A stretch of DNA of 62,584 nt, filler included, from a bacterium (lineage in GTDB: Bacteria > JALSQH01), in the NCBI GenBank assembly GCA_027004335.1. It is 9 parts of 9 records of this genome, joined end to end, with 100 filler letters (N's around TTAATTAATTAA, not from the genome) between each part and the next. Parts side by side here need not be neighbours in the genome. Positions count along the whole stretch, not along the records: positions 43,910 to 51,861 come from JALTID010000187.1; positions 51,962 to 59,857 come from JALTID010000188.1; positions 59,958 to 62,584 come from JALTID010000189.1; 6 more parts are not named here. One strand, given 5' to 3'. The notes below the pieces were generated by a model. It was not told where the DNA came from and searched no databases. It saw only the letters and a list, made by a program, of their open reading frames with translations. The position numbers and the translations under genes are program-made. Shown one piece after another: positions 48,971-60,301 of this stretch. Each line of letters starts with the position of its first letter. Positions within the stretch are counted from its first letter, which is position 1.

Positions 48971-49915
48971 TCAATTTAAAATAGAAGATAAGATTTCTTC
49001 AGCAATGGAGTAAGGGTCTTTATGATTACTGGCAATATCTTCAATTAATTTATCCATTTTTTCTTTATCTATCCTGGAAAAAATCTTTTCTCTTAGCATC
49101 TCCATTATGATGTTCTGTAGTTCCTTTTCCCTCTGTGCTTTGATTTTTTCTTCTAATTTTCCTGATCTTTTTAAATATTCATGGTGGTTTTCTATAGCTT
49201 CTCTTATTTCCTCTATGCCTTTGCCTCTGGTCGCAATTGTTTTAATTATTGGGGGTGTCCACTCCCTTTCTTTCAATCCAGCCATTTCTAACAATACTTC
49301 AAGATCCCTGACCATCCTGTTTGTTTCAGGTCTATCTGCCTTATTTACAACAAAAATATCTGCTATTTCCAGAATACCTGCTTTGATTGCCTGAATATCA
49401 TCCCCAAGTCCTGGAACGAGCATAACCACTGATGTGTGGGCCAGGCCAATTATTTCAACTTCATCCTGTCCCACTCCCACAGTTTCTACAATTATTTTAT
49501 CTTTTCCCATGGCGTCAAGAACCTTTGCCATCTCCCATGCGGACTTTGATAATCCTCCAAGATGTCCCCTGGTAGCGACTGATCTGATGAATACTTCTGG
49601 ATCTGTGCCGTGGTCCTGCATTCTTATTCTATCTCCTAAAATTGCACCACCAGTAAATGGACTGGTAGGGTCAACTGCTATTATACCTACTTTGAGATTA
49701 TCTCTCCTATATAGTCCAATCAGTTTTGTAACAAGGGTGCTTTTACCTGCGCCTGGTGCACCTGTAACACCTATTATATGAGCCTTACCTGTGTGAGGAT
49801 AGAGTTTCTTCATTATTTCTCTTGCTTCAGGTAGCCCATCATCAATGAGTCGTAAAACCCGGGCTGTTGCAACAGTGTCTCCTTTAAGTACTTTTTCAGA
49901 TAGCTTGCCTGTCAT
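48971..49915 (-). CDS. meaB: B12-mutase-associated GTPase chaperone (MeaB family)
   Basis: GVTGAPGAGKST, AVDPTSPFTGGAILGDRIRM, ETVGVGQ, NKAD. Confidence 0.93.
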   Translation of the reverse strand: MTGKLSEKVLKGDTVATARVLRLIDDGLPEAREIMKKLYPHTGKAHIIGVTGAPGAGKSTLVTKLIGLYRRDNLKVGIIAVDPTSPFTGGAILGDRIRMQDHGTDPEVFIRSVATRGHLGGLSKSAWEMAKVLDAMGKDKIIVETVGVGQDEVEIIGLAHTSVVMLVPGLGDDIQAIKAGILEIADIFVVNKADRPETNRMVRDLEVLLEMAGLKEREWTPPIIKTIATRGKGIEEIREAIENHHEYLKRSGKLEEKIKAQREKELQNIIMEMLREKIFSRIDKEKMDKLIEDIASNHKDPYSIAEEILSSILN

Positions 49916-49932
49916 GATTTCTCCAGGATTTT

Positions 49933-50346
49933 TTATTTTCTCTTGTGTCTTGGTTTAACGTTTTTCTTTACCCATTCAATGGTTTCACTAATGGGGGTTC
50001 CCGGAGTAAATATTGCAGCAACCCCCTGAGATTTTAAAAATGGGATGTCATCATCCGGAATTATTCCTCCTCCGAAGACAACTATATCATCAATTCCTCT
50101 CTCTTTTAGAAGCTTTATTATTGCTGGCATCAGGGTGTTATGTGCCCCGGATAGAATAGATAATCCGATGGCATCAACATCTTCCTGAATTGCAGCATTT
50201 ACAATCTGCTCAGGGGTTTGATGAAGGCCTGTGTAGATTACTTCAAAACCAGCTTCTTTTAATGCCCTGGCGATTATCTTTGCGCCTCTATCGTGACCAT
50301 CAAGACCTGGTTTAGCAACGAGAATTCTCACCTTTTCTTCACCCAT
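49933..50346 (-). CDS. Acyl-CoA mutase small (cobalamin-binding) subunit
   Basis: [10 protein letters not shown] (DxHxxG), [14 protein letters not shown]. Confidence 0.94.
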   Translation of the reverse strand: MGEEKVRILVAKPGLDGHDRGAKIIARALKEAGFEVIYTGLHQTPEQIVNAAIQEDVDAIGLSILSGAHNTLMPAIIKLLKERGIDDIVVFGGGIIPDDDIPFLKSQGVAAIFTPGTPISETIEWVKKNVKPRHKRK

Positions 50347-50357
50347 CTTCTTCCTCC

Positions 50358-51861
50358 TCAGAAATAAGCAGGATCTCTGTACTCGCCAAAGACTTCCTTC
50401 AATGTATTGATTATTTCTCCCTCGGTGGCGTAGGCTTTTACAGCATCAAGAATATATGGGATAAGGTTCTCATCTGTGGCTTCAGCAGCATCTCTCAATT
50501 CCCTGAGTATTTCTTTTACCTTAGTATTGTTTCTGTCCCTTTTTATTTTTGCCAGCCTATCTTTCTGCTTCTTTTCAAGATCATCGGGTATTTTTAGAAC
50601 TGGTATTGGTGCATCTTCGTCGGTTACATATTTGTTAACCCCTACGATCACTTTTTCTTCTTTTTCTACCTGCATCTGATATCTGAATGCTGCATCCTGG
50701 ATTTCCTTCTGTGGATAGCCCAGCTCAATTGCCCGAAGCATGCCTCCCATTTCTTCAATTTTATTAATGTAATTCCAGGCGGCTTCTTCCATTTCATTTG
50801 TTAATTTTTCAATGAAATAGCTTCCCCCCAGTGGATCAATTGTATTGGGTACCCCACTTTCGTAAGCTATGATCTGCTGAGCTCTAAGAGCAATTGTTAC
50901 AGCTTCTTCCGTTGGTAGTGCATAAGTTTCATCCATGGAATTGGTATGCAGTGATTGTGTCCCTCCAATGATGGCGGCAAGAGCTTCAATGGTGGTTCTG
51001 ATTATGTTGTTGTAGGGCTGCTGTGCCATGAGAGAACAGCCAGCAGTTTGCGTGTGGAATCTTAATAGCCAGGATCTCGGATTTTTGGCATTGAATCGTT
51101 CTTTCATTATCTTTGCCCACATTCTCCTTGCGGCTCTAAATTTTGCAATCTCTTCAAAGAAGTCCATATGGGAGTCGAAGAAAAATGAGAGTCTCGGAGC
51201 AAAATCATCAACATCAAGTCCTTCATTGATGAAGTATTCCACATAGGCGATCCCGTCCATAATGGTAAATGCTAATTCCTGAATAGCTGTGGATCCAGCT
51301 TCTCTTATGTGATAGCCCGAAATGGAGATGGTATTCCATTTTGGTACATATTTACTTGCATAGTCCACTATGTCTCTGATTATTCTCATAGAAGGCTCAG
51401 GCGGGTATATCCAGGATTTCTGTGCTATATATTCCTTGAGAATATCATTCTGAATCGTGCCACCAATTTTATCGGGTGGAACTCCCTGTTTTTCAGCTAC
51501 AGCAATATACATCGCCCATAAAATCGCTGCTGGTGCATTTATTGTCATGGAGGTGGTGACTTTGTAAAGAGGTATCCCCCTGAAAAGTGTTTCCATATCT
51601 GCGAGAGTGTCTATTGCCACTCCACATTTGCCTACTTCTCCACTTGCTCTGGGATCATCGGAATCAACTCCCATAATTGTGGGCATATCGAAAGCCACAG
51701 AAAGGCCTGTCTGCCCCTGTTCCAGAAGGTAATGGTATCTTTGATTGGTTTCCTCTGCTGTGCCAAAACCTGCAAACTGTCTCATAGTCCAGAGTCGGCC
51801 ACGATACATGTTGGGGTAAATTCCTCTGGTGTATGGGTATTCTCCTGGAAACCCCAGATCT
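50358..51861 (-). CDS. Acyl-CoA mutase large subunit, isobutyryl-CoA mutase-like (5' truncated)
   Basis: [51 protein letters not shown]; Phe and Gln at the specificity positions. Confidence 0.85.
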
Positions 51862-51961
51862 NNNNNNNNNNNNNNNNNNNNNNNNNNNNNNNNNNNNNNN
51901 NNNNNTTAATTAATTAANNNNNNNNNNNNNNNNNNNNNNNNNNNNNNNNNNNNNNNNNNNN
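51862..51961. other. Artificial contig linker
   Basis: N44-TTAATTAATTAA-N44. Confidence 0.99.
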
Positions 51962-52496
51962 CCATCCATCGGAAAAAGAGGTTTAATCTTTTACAGGCAC
52001 TTCTCTTTTTAACATCTGGAAGGAGCGAGATCTTCTCAAGAGAAAAGACTCCTCTTATTTTTTCTACTAACTTCTCCTCTATATCCACAACACTACTGGT
52101 GTTACTTTCTCGAATAAACTCTTTCAAAGGACCATCCATCTCCAGAACTTTTTTAATTCCCAACAAAAATTGAATAAACTCCTCCGCAGTGGTAAAACGA
52201 TGCTTAAATCCTGAAAAGCTATTTTTTATTTCATCTTCATTTCTATTCTTCAACCACAAAGACGGCCTCTTCCCCATGGGTTCAAGAACATTCTCAACAC
52301 TTTTTAGGATCTGTTTCACATTTCCATAGGCAAGGGAAGATGCAATAAGGCCTACAATTTCTATATCATCGCAATTATCATAATGATACAGAAATTCAAG
52401 AGGATCAGGATGCACAAATTCTCTGCGATTGTACTTTGAATAAATCTCCTCAAGGAGTTTCGTAGAAATGTGATTCAGATGATAAGAGAGTGGCAT
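51962..52496 (-). CDS. TIGR02757/DUF2400 family protein (3' truncated)
   Basis: DPL.F...Y, EIVGLIASSLAYGNVKQI, FKHRF, SACKRLNLFFRWM. Confidence 0.85.
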
Positions 52497-52764
52497 TGTG
52501 GCCTCTGCAGCAAAAATTTATCTCCCATTAAGGTAAAATCATCTCTGTTACTGCATGATTCTTATACCTTTATCCTTTGACTGAAAGGAGCTTTTTTATC
52601 CAGAAAGATTATAAGCTTCCTACGGCTACAAGCAAAGAACATGGATTAAAAATAGTTTTTAAAAATCTTCTTCTCTCCCTATCCACAATTTTATTTTACA
52701 CCTTCTACCCTCTTATGACCAGAATAATTCTGGAAAAATTTTCTATAGATTATAAAATATTCAC

Positions 52765-53268
52765 ATGCCTGTATTTTTAATAGGATTTATGGGAAGTGGA
52801 AAAAGTGCTGTGGGAAAACTTCTCTCCCAGAGATCAGGTGAACAATTTGTTGATATGGATGAAGAAATTGAAAAAAGAGAAAACAGAAGCATATTAGAAA
52901 TCTTTAATGAATCTGGTGAAAAATATTTCAGAGAGATTGAGTCACAGCTTTTAGCAGAATTTTCTCATTTAAAAAATACACTTATTGCCTGCGGTGGAGG
53001 AATTATTGAAAGAGAAGAAAACCGTAATATTCTGGTGAAAAATTTAACCTTTTACCTTTATGCACCTTTTGAGGAAATATGGGATAGAATAAAAGGAGAT
53101 TCCACACGACCCCTTGCGATGAGAAGGAAAAAGTTTGTAAAAAAACTCTATGATAAAAGAGAACCACTTTACCGGGCAACAGGCATTCCAATAGACACAA
53201 CAGGAATGAAAATTGAAGATATCGTAAATCTATTAATGAAAAAATTCAGGTATGATAATCAGCGTTAA
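52765..53268 (+). CDS. aroK: Shikimate kinase
   Basis: LIGFMGSGKS.VG, GEKYFREIE, ACGGG, RPL, REPLY. Confidence 0.93.
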   Translation: MPVFLIGFMGSGKSAVGKLLSQRSGEQFVDMDEEIEKRENRSILEIFNESGEKYFREIESQLLAEFSHLKNTLIACGGGIIEREENRNILVKNLTFYLYAPFEEIWDRIKGDSTRPLAMRRKKFVKKLYDKREPLYRATGIPIDTTGMKIEDIVNLLMKKFRYDNQR

Positions 53269-54436
53269 TTTTTATATATTCACAGGTGAGATCGGTGGTA
53301 TAGACATTAAAATCTCCCCTGCCTCTTTTCAAGATAACTTTTACAGGGACAACAAATTCTCTAATCTTATCCGCAGCTTTTTTCAAGTCTTTTTTTGATG
53401 GGAGGGTCCCCCATTGGTAAAGAGGAACACCCCCAATTTCAATAAATAACTCTTCTTGATTAAGATCAGATATAACTGCACCTGCTGCAGCATAGATCCT
53501 TCCCCAGTTCGGGTCCCCACCACCAATAGCCGCCTTAAGAAGGGGGGAAGTTGCAAGTCTATAAGCAAGAGTCCTGGCCTCTCCCTTACTTTTAGCTCCT
53601 TCCACATATATCTCAATCCTGTGGGAAGCTCCCTCACCATCATCCACAATCTGAAGGGCAAGGGATTTTAGAACACTTTTCAGATGCTCTCTTAACTCTC
53701 TGCATTCCTTTGTCCTTTTCCTAATTCTAATTCTGGAAAAACCACTTGCCATAATTATAACAGTATCATTGGTGCTCATCTCCCCATCAACACTGATCCT
53801 GTTAAAACTCTCCTCCACTGCCGGAAATGAGATATGGTACAGAGTTTCTCTATCAATCAGCGCATTGGTAAAAACAAAAACAAGCATTGTTGCCAGTGAA
53901 GGCTGGATCATTCCTGCGCCCTTTGCTACACCACCAATTACAATTTTATCACTTTTGATTTCAAATTTTTCAATTGCCATTTTGGGCCGAGTGTCTGTGG
54001 TCATAATAGCTCTTGCAGATTCTTCCCAGCCTCCTCTGGAAAGGCTTCTGACAAGATATGGTAGCTTCTCCACAATTTTTTCCGATGGTAAAACTTCACC
54101 AATTATCCCCGTGGAGGAAGAAATTATAAGATTTTCATCAATTCCAAGATAAAAGGAGAGATTTTTAATCAGATCCTTTGCCGCAATTTCACCCAATTTG
54201 CCAGTAGCTGCATTTGCATTACCGCTGTTAACTATTATTGCCTGGATCTTACCCCTTTTCTTAAGAAGCTCTTCTGATATTTTAACAGAAATAGCTTTTA
54301 GAGAATTTTTTGTAAAAAAACCCACTGCAACTGATGGGACTTCACTGTAAAAAAGAGCAACATCAGGACCCTCTTTTTTAATTCCAGCTTCAATAGAAGA
54401 GGTTTTAAACCCTGGAATGGAGAAATTCCTGATCAA
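53246..54436 (-). CDS. argJ: Bifunctional ornithine acetyltransferase/N-acetylglutamate synthase
   Basis: [49 protein letters not shown]. Confidence 0.95.
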   Translation of the reverse strand: MIRNFSIPGFKTSSIEAGIKKEGPDVALFYSEVPSVAVGFFTKNSLKAISVKISEELLKKRGKIQAIIVNSGNANAATGKLGEIAAKDLIKNLSFYLGIDENLIISSSTGIIGEVLPSEKIVEKLPYLVRSLSRGGWEESARAIMTTDTRPKMAIEKFEIKSDKIVIGGVAKGAGMIQPSLATMLVFVFTNALIDRETLYHISFPAVEESFNRISVDGEMSTNDTVIIMASGFSRIRIRKRTKECRELREHLKSVLKSLALQIVDDGEGASHRIEIYVEGAKSKGEARTLAYRLATSPLLKAAIGGGDPNWGRIYAAAGAVISDLNQEELFIEIGGVPLYQWGTLPSKKDLKKAADKIREFVVPVKVILKRGRGDFNVYTTDLTCEYIKINADYHT

Positions 54437-57309
54437 TTAACATTCCTCTTTTTCATTTTTACCCCTGTTTCTTTCTCCCATTTAGCAGGGTTGGTGAAAT
54501 AAAGCTCATATAGATATCTCTCTCTATCTGTTTCAGGCTCCTTTCCAAGATGACAATTTTTATATTTCTTCCCTGACCCACACCAGCATGGATCATTTCT
54601 ACCAATTTCCCTCTTATCCTTTCTCACAGGCCTTGGCCTGGCGCTTTCACCACCTGAGGAAGCGCTCCCTCCGTGTTGATAAACCATTCTCTGACGCCTA
54701 ATAGGAATATTAAGCATCGTAACAGCTTCAGGTTGTTTTATCTGCACCTTGTAAACTTTCTCCAGCACCTGCTCTTTAAATCTACCAATCATCTGCTGGA
54801 AAAGGCCAAAAGCCTCCTTCTTATATTCCACTAAAGGATCTCTCTGACCATATCCTCTAAGACCAATCCCTTCTTTGAGATGATCCATAATTAAGAGATG
54901 ATCCTTCCAAAGGGAATCCAGCGTGGTGAGCATTATATACCTTGCAAGTTGTGTCATCCCTTCATCGCCAATAAGCTGAACTTTCTCTTCAAGAGGTTTC
55001 CGGGCTTGTGCAAGTAAGACTTCTCTCACATCTTCCCGGACAAACTCACCAGAATCAAAATTATCAAAAGGTAAATCTATTCCAAAAACTCTTTTAAAAT
55101 CCTCTTTTAGCCCTTTTATATCCCATTCATAAGGCTTTGTCTTCGGCGGGATAAAGGCATCAACCATATCATCAATTATATCTTCCATGCTGGCAAAAAG
55201 ATCATCAATGAGGTCCCTTCCTTCAAGAATTTTCCTTCTTTCAGAATAAACCACTTTCCTCTGCTCGTTCATAACATCATCGTATTCCAGGAGGTTCTTC
55301 CTTATTTCAAAATTTTGAGCTTCAACCCTCTTCTGTGCATTCTCAATAGCTCTGGAGATCATTTTATGCTCTATTGGCTCCCCCTCCGCCATACCCAGCC
55401 TGTCCATGATTCTTCCAATTCTCTCACCACCAAAGATTCTGAGAAGATCATCCTCCAGAGAAAGATAAAACCTTGATGAACCTGGATCCCCCTGTCTCCC
55501 AGACCTACCTCTTAATTGATTATCTATTCTCCTTGACTCATGTCTTTCTGTTCCAACAATGTGAAGGCCACCCAATTCAACAACTTTTTTATGCTCCTCA
55601 TCAGTTTCTTCTTTAAATTTTTTATACAAATCCTCAAAAAGCTCTGTGACCTCCCGTTCTTCTTCAGAAAGTTCCTCTTTAGGCATATAGGTCTTAACCA
55701 GGTTAGGATCAATCCCCCTTTTCTTCAACTCAACCTTCACAAGCATATCAGGATTACCCCCAAGGATTATATCTGTTCCTCTACCAGCCATATTTGTTGC
55801 AATTGTTACAGTACCAAGTCTACCAGCCTGAGCAACAATTTCAGCTTCTCTCTCATGATGTTTGGCATTAAGGACCTGATGTGGGATCCTTTTTCTTCTC
55901 AGCAGCTTGCTCAAATACTCAGATTTTTCAATACTTGTGGTACCTACAAGTACCGGCCTGCCAATTTTGTGTAATTCTTCTATTTCTCTTACTACTGCAT
56001 CAAATTTTTCCTTTTCAGTCCTGTAGATCACATCGTGGTAATCTTTCCTGATCATGGGCATATTTGTAGGAACAACAATAACCTCCAGACCATATATTTG
56101 ATAAAACTCCTCAGCTTCAGTAGCGGCTGTACCCGTCATCCCTGCGATTTTTCTATACATTCTGAAATAATTCTGAAAAGTTATCGTCGCAAGGGTCTGA
56201 TTTTCACTCTCTATCCTCACACCCTCCTTTGCCTCTATTGCCTGATGTAGTCCGTCACTCCACCTTCTACCTGGCATCAATCTCCCGGTAAATTCATCAA
56301 CAATTATTACCTTGCCTTCTTTAACAATATAATCTCTATCCCTCAGAAAAAGAGTATGTGCTTTCAATGCCTGGTTCACATGATGAACAATATCAACATT
56401 CCCAGGTGCAAAGAGATTTTCCATCCCCAGAAGTCCTTCAACCTTTTTTACGCCGTCATCTGTGAGATAGGCCGTCCTGTGCTCCTCATCTATTTCATAA
56501 TCAATATCTTTCCTTAGAAGAGGAATTATAGAATTTATCTTGTAGTAAAGCTCTGTAGATTCCTCGGAAGGACCAGAAATAATAAGTGGTGTCCTCGCCT
56601 CATCAATTAAGATACTATCAACTTCATCAATAATTGCGTAATTTAACTCCTTCTGGACATAATCCTCCAGCCTGTATTTCATATTATCTCTTAGATAATC
56701 AAATCCAAATTCGTTATTGGTTCCATATGTAACATCAGCGGAATAGGACTTTTTTCTTTCGGAATTATCCATATCAGAGATTATTACACCCACTGTGAGA
56801 CCTAAGAACTTGTAAATTCTGCCCATCCACTCCGCATCTCTCTTAGCAAGGTAGTCATTGACAGTTACAACATGTACTCCTCTGCCTGTAAGAGAATTCA
56901 AGTAAACAGGGAGTGTTGCAACGAGAGTTTTACCTTCACCTGTTTTCATCTCAGCTATTCTACCCTGATGAAGAACAATTCCACCAGCTATCTGAACATC
57001 AAAATGACGCATATGAAGAGTTCTTTTGGAAGCCTCTCTCACAACGGCAAATGCTTCAGGAAGAATTTCTTCAAGGAGCTGATCCTCAATCTTCTTTATC
57101 TCTTCTTCATCTTTCCCCTGCTTTCTTGCCTCTTCCCTTAACTGTTCAATCTTTCTACGCCACTCAAAGGTCTTCTCCTTCAACTGCTGATCAGTAAACT
57201 CCTCAAAATGGCTCTCAAGCTCATTTACTCTGGCAACGATCGGGCGAAGTTTTCTTATTTCTCTCTCACTCTTGGTACCAAAAATTTTTCTTAAAACTGT
57301 TCCAGCCAT
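54433..57309 (-). CDS. secA: Preprotein translocase SecA
   Basis: [70 protein letters not shown]. Confidence 0.98.
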   Translation of the reverse strand: MAGTVLRKIFGTKSEREIRKLRPIVARVNELESHFEEFTDQQLKEKTFEWRRKIEQLREEARKQGKDEEEIKKIEDQLLEEILPEAFAVVREASKRTLHMRHFDVQIAGGIVLHQGRIAEMKTGEGKTLVATLPVYLNSLTGRGVHVVTVNDYLAKRDAEWMGRIYKFLGLTVGVIISDMDNSERKKSYSADVTYGTNNEFGFDYLRDNMKYRLEDYVQKELNYAIIDEVDSILIDEARTPLIISGPSEESTELYYKINSIIPLLRKDIDYEIDEEHRTAYLTDDGVKKVEGLLGMENLFAPGNVDIVHHVNQALKAHTLFLRDRDYIVKEGKVIIVDEFTGRLMPGRRWSDGLHQAIEAKEGVRIESENQTLATITFQNYFRMYRKIAGMTGTAATEAEEFYQIYGLEVIVVPTNMPMIRKDYHDVIYRTEKEKFDAVVREIEELHKIGRPVLVGTTSIEKSEYLSKLLRRKRIPHQVLNAKHHEREAEIVAQAGRLGTVTIATNMAGRGTDIILGGNPDMLVKVELKKRGIDPNLVKTYMPKEELSEEEREVTELFEDLYKKFKEETDEEHKKVVELGGLHIVGTERHESRRIDNQLRGRSGRQGDPGSSRFYLSLEDDLLRIFGGERIGRIMDRLGMAEGEPIEHKMISRAIENAQKRVEAQNFEIRKNLLEYDDVMNEQRKVVYSERRKILEGRDLIDDLFASMEDIIDDMVDAFIPPKTKPYEWDIKGLKEDFKRVFGIDLPFDNFDSGEFVREDVREVLLAQARKPLEEKVQLIGDEGMTQLARYIMLTTLDSLWKDHLLIMDHLKEGIGLRGYGQRDPLVEYKKEAFGLFQQMIGRFKEQVLEKVYKVQIKQPEAVTMLNIPIRRQRMVYQHGGSASSGGESARPRPVRKDKREIGRNDPCWCGSGKKYKNCHLGKEPETDRERYLYELYFTNPAKWEKETGVKMKKRNVN

Positions 57310-57460
57310 AATTCTATAAATTTTCCTCTTTCTCTGTGGGTTTATTTTACTCTTTTCCAGATTTTAGACAAGGCACCACTACCATGGGTTCATGAAGAAT
57401 AAGAGTACCCCTTGTTTTTTACCTCTTATTTATATAGAATATTATCAAAAAGGAGAAAAC

Positions 57461-59857
57461 ATGAGAATAAAAATTTTACTGATGAGTTTCGTTGCTATTC
57501 TTATTTTTTTAATAACTTCATGTGATACATCTCAACCAAAGATCTGCTATGGTGAACCTGCCTCGGAAGATGCCTATTATAAGACTCAGGTCATTGGATC
57601 TGATGAGGCAATAATGGTCAATGGCAGGAGAATTACTCCCTATCATGAAGATGGAGCAGTTTTAACCCAGGGTATAGGAGTATATCCTACTGGAGCAGCA
57701 ATTTCTCCCAATGGCAAGATTATTGCTGTTTCCAATAATGGAATCGGAGACTTTTTCTTTTTCAGAGACAAAGTCCCGGGGGTTGATCCCCAAAAGGCTG
57801 GTTACTATTTTCAAAACAAATACCAATCCATTACATTCGTTGATATGGCTCAAAAAAAGGTGATTTACAAGCTACCCGTAGAATCTCTTTTCATTGGAAT
57901 AGTTTTCTCTCCTGACGGGAAGTACCTATATGCAGCAGGTGGTGGAAGGGATGTGGTGAGAGTAATTAAGATCTTATCCTATCCCGGTAACAAAACAGGT
58001 TTTGCCGTTGAAGTAACAAATCCCATTTCAGTCCCCTATTACCCCACAGGTCTTGCCATTTCAAAGGATGGAAAAAGACTCTATGTTACCCAGCTTCAGC
58101 ACCACAATTTAAGCATCGTAAATGTTGATCACTCCTCCTCGCAGTACGGTAAGATTGTAACTACCTACACAACCCAATCCTACCCCTATGCAATTACTTT
58201 AACCAGTGACGAGAAATATGCCTTCGTTACCAATTGGGGGGGAAACTCAGTAACAGTTATTGATCTTATAAAAGGTGAAGTTATTACAAACATCCCAGTT
58301 GGTAAAAATCCAGAGGGAATGGCTATTTACAATGGCAGGCTCTTTGTTGCAAATAGCCTTGATGACACAATATCAGTCATAAATATAAGCACACTTCAGC
58401 TTGAAAAACAGATTTCACTCCTTTCCTCACCCCAGGATAGAATAGGGATTACCCCCGTGGATATAAAGGTTGATCCTACAAGGGGGTACCTCTATGTTGT
58501 CTGTGCAGGTGATAACAAAGTTGATGTTTTGGATCTAAATAGTTACGAAAAAATCGGTAGTATCCCCGCAGGATACTATCCCTCTGAAATTGTCCTAACA
58601 AAAGATGGCTCTTTTGCAGCAGTTGTAAATTCCAAGGGAAAGATACGAAAGGATGCCTTCACAGATCTCTTTACTGAAGAAGAGGTAAGAGAAATTACTA
58701 CCGCAACAACAGGAACAAATTATAGTTTCAATGGGAAAAATTGCGAAGTCCTCTACGGAACGATGCTTGTTTGCAACAATATGGGATTTGTAAATGTAGC
58801 ATACATAATTCAGGGAATGGTCAACATATTCAGCGTTCCAGACAGAAACAAGCTTAAAGAACTTGCAGAAATTGTTAAAGAAAACAATGACATGACGCGG
58901 AGATTCTACAAGACTGATAATTGCGATGTGTGGGAGAACCCTATTCCTAAAAAAGCAGGAGGATACTCACCCATTAAACATGTAGTATACATTGTCAGAG
59001 AAAATAAAACATATGATGTGGACCTTGGTGACCTAAATACCGGGGATGGGGCTCCTGAACTTGCACTTTTCGGAGAAAAAGTTACACCAAATCTGCACGC
59101 GCTGGCAAGAGAATTTACTAACTTTGACAATTTCTACAGCGAGCCAGAACAGTCTCTTCAGGGACATATATGGATTGCAGGGGGATGGTCCACAGATTTT
59201 GATGAAAAGAACTGGATGGCCATGTGGGGCAGGCAGAAGGAACATCAGGTATTCCTCCCCGTAATGCAGCCTGTAACTAAACCTCACTTTGGTTCATTAT
59301 TTGAATACCTAAAATCTAAAGGTGTTTACTTCAGAATTTATGGAGAAGTTACCGGGGTGTTAGATCAGGTCTCAAAAGAACTCTACGACAATTTTGACTG
59401 GAAATATCCATCATGGTCACTCCATATCAAAGACACTGACAAAGCAAAGGAATTCATAAGAGAACTCCAGGATGGTATCTTTCCCTCCTTCGTATACATC
59501 TGGCTACCAGATGATCACACCTACGGGGCAACACCAGGGAAACCTGACCCAGTATGGATGATCAGCAACAATGATGAGGCAACAGGAATGATTGTGGAGG
59601 CAATCTCACATTCCTCTTTCTGGGAAAGCACCCTCATTTTCATCTTTGAGGACGATCCCCAGAGTTCACCTGATCATGTAGACGCACATAGAAGTCTACT
59701 TCTTGCAGTCAGCCCCTATGTAAAACACAACTATGTGTCTCATGTTCATTACAGTATCCCGAGCATCCATCACACTACAGAATTAATCCTGGGTATTCCT
59801 CCCATGAGCAGATATGACCAGCTTGCAGCTCCAATGTATGACGCCTTTACCATGAAC
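57461..59857 (+). CDS. YVTN/YncE beta-propeller + phosphoesterase (phospholipase C/alkaline phosphatase-like) lipoprotein (3' truncated)
   Basis: ITSC lipobox, repeats FVTNWGGNSVTVID and LFVANSLDDTISVI, PIKHVVYIVRENKTYD, TPNLHALA, EDDPQ..PDHVDAHRS. Confidence 0.85.
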
Positions 59858-59957
59858 NNNNNNNNNNNNNNNNNNNNNNNNNNNNNNNNNNNNNNNNNNN
59901 NTTAATTAATTAANNNNNNNNNNNNNNNNNNNNNNNNNNNNNNNNNNNNNNNNNNNN
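59858..59957. other. Artificial contig linker
   Basis: N44-TTAATTAATTAA-N44. Confidence 0.99.
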
Positions 59958-60301
59958 TCGGGGAAGTAGAATAACCAATCTTCATCTGAAAGGAGAATAG
60001 GGGAAACAATGAGTTCTGAGAGGGTAAGACCTTTTTCAGCTTTTAAGAATTTAATATTGGCGAAATGAATCGTGAACATGAATCCAATGCTTCCACACCC
60101 CTCAGAGAGAGTTTCTATGATTTTTAAAGAAATATCAAAAAAATCTTCTGTAATTTCTGGTAGCTGTAGTATTCCAAGTTTTTCATTTATAGTAGAGAAA
60201 ATTCTCCTATTAAATTTGCCGTACTCCACATCCCATAGAGAACAATTTTCTTTGAGTTCTGTATCAGAGAATTTCTTTACAGGTTTAACAAATTCATTCA
60301 T
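59958..60301 (-). CDS. Degenerate acyl-CoA dehydrogenase N-terminal-like protein (3' truncated)
   Basis: LGILQLPE, IIETLSEGCGSIGF...IH resemble the ACAD N-terminal helices; overlaps the ACAD stop (ATGA). Confidence 0.45.

Noticed and set aside
52577..52780. 67-aa plus-strand ORF before aroK
   Set aside because: TTG start, no clear RBS and no motif; probably spurious.
8226..59957. Eight recurring TTAATTAATTAA elements flanked by Ns, at roughly 8-kb spacing
   Set aside because: Artificial six-frame-stop contig linkers, not a biological repeat or CRISPR; adjacency across them carries no information.
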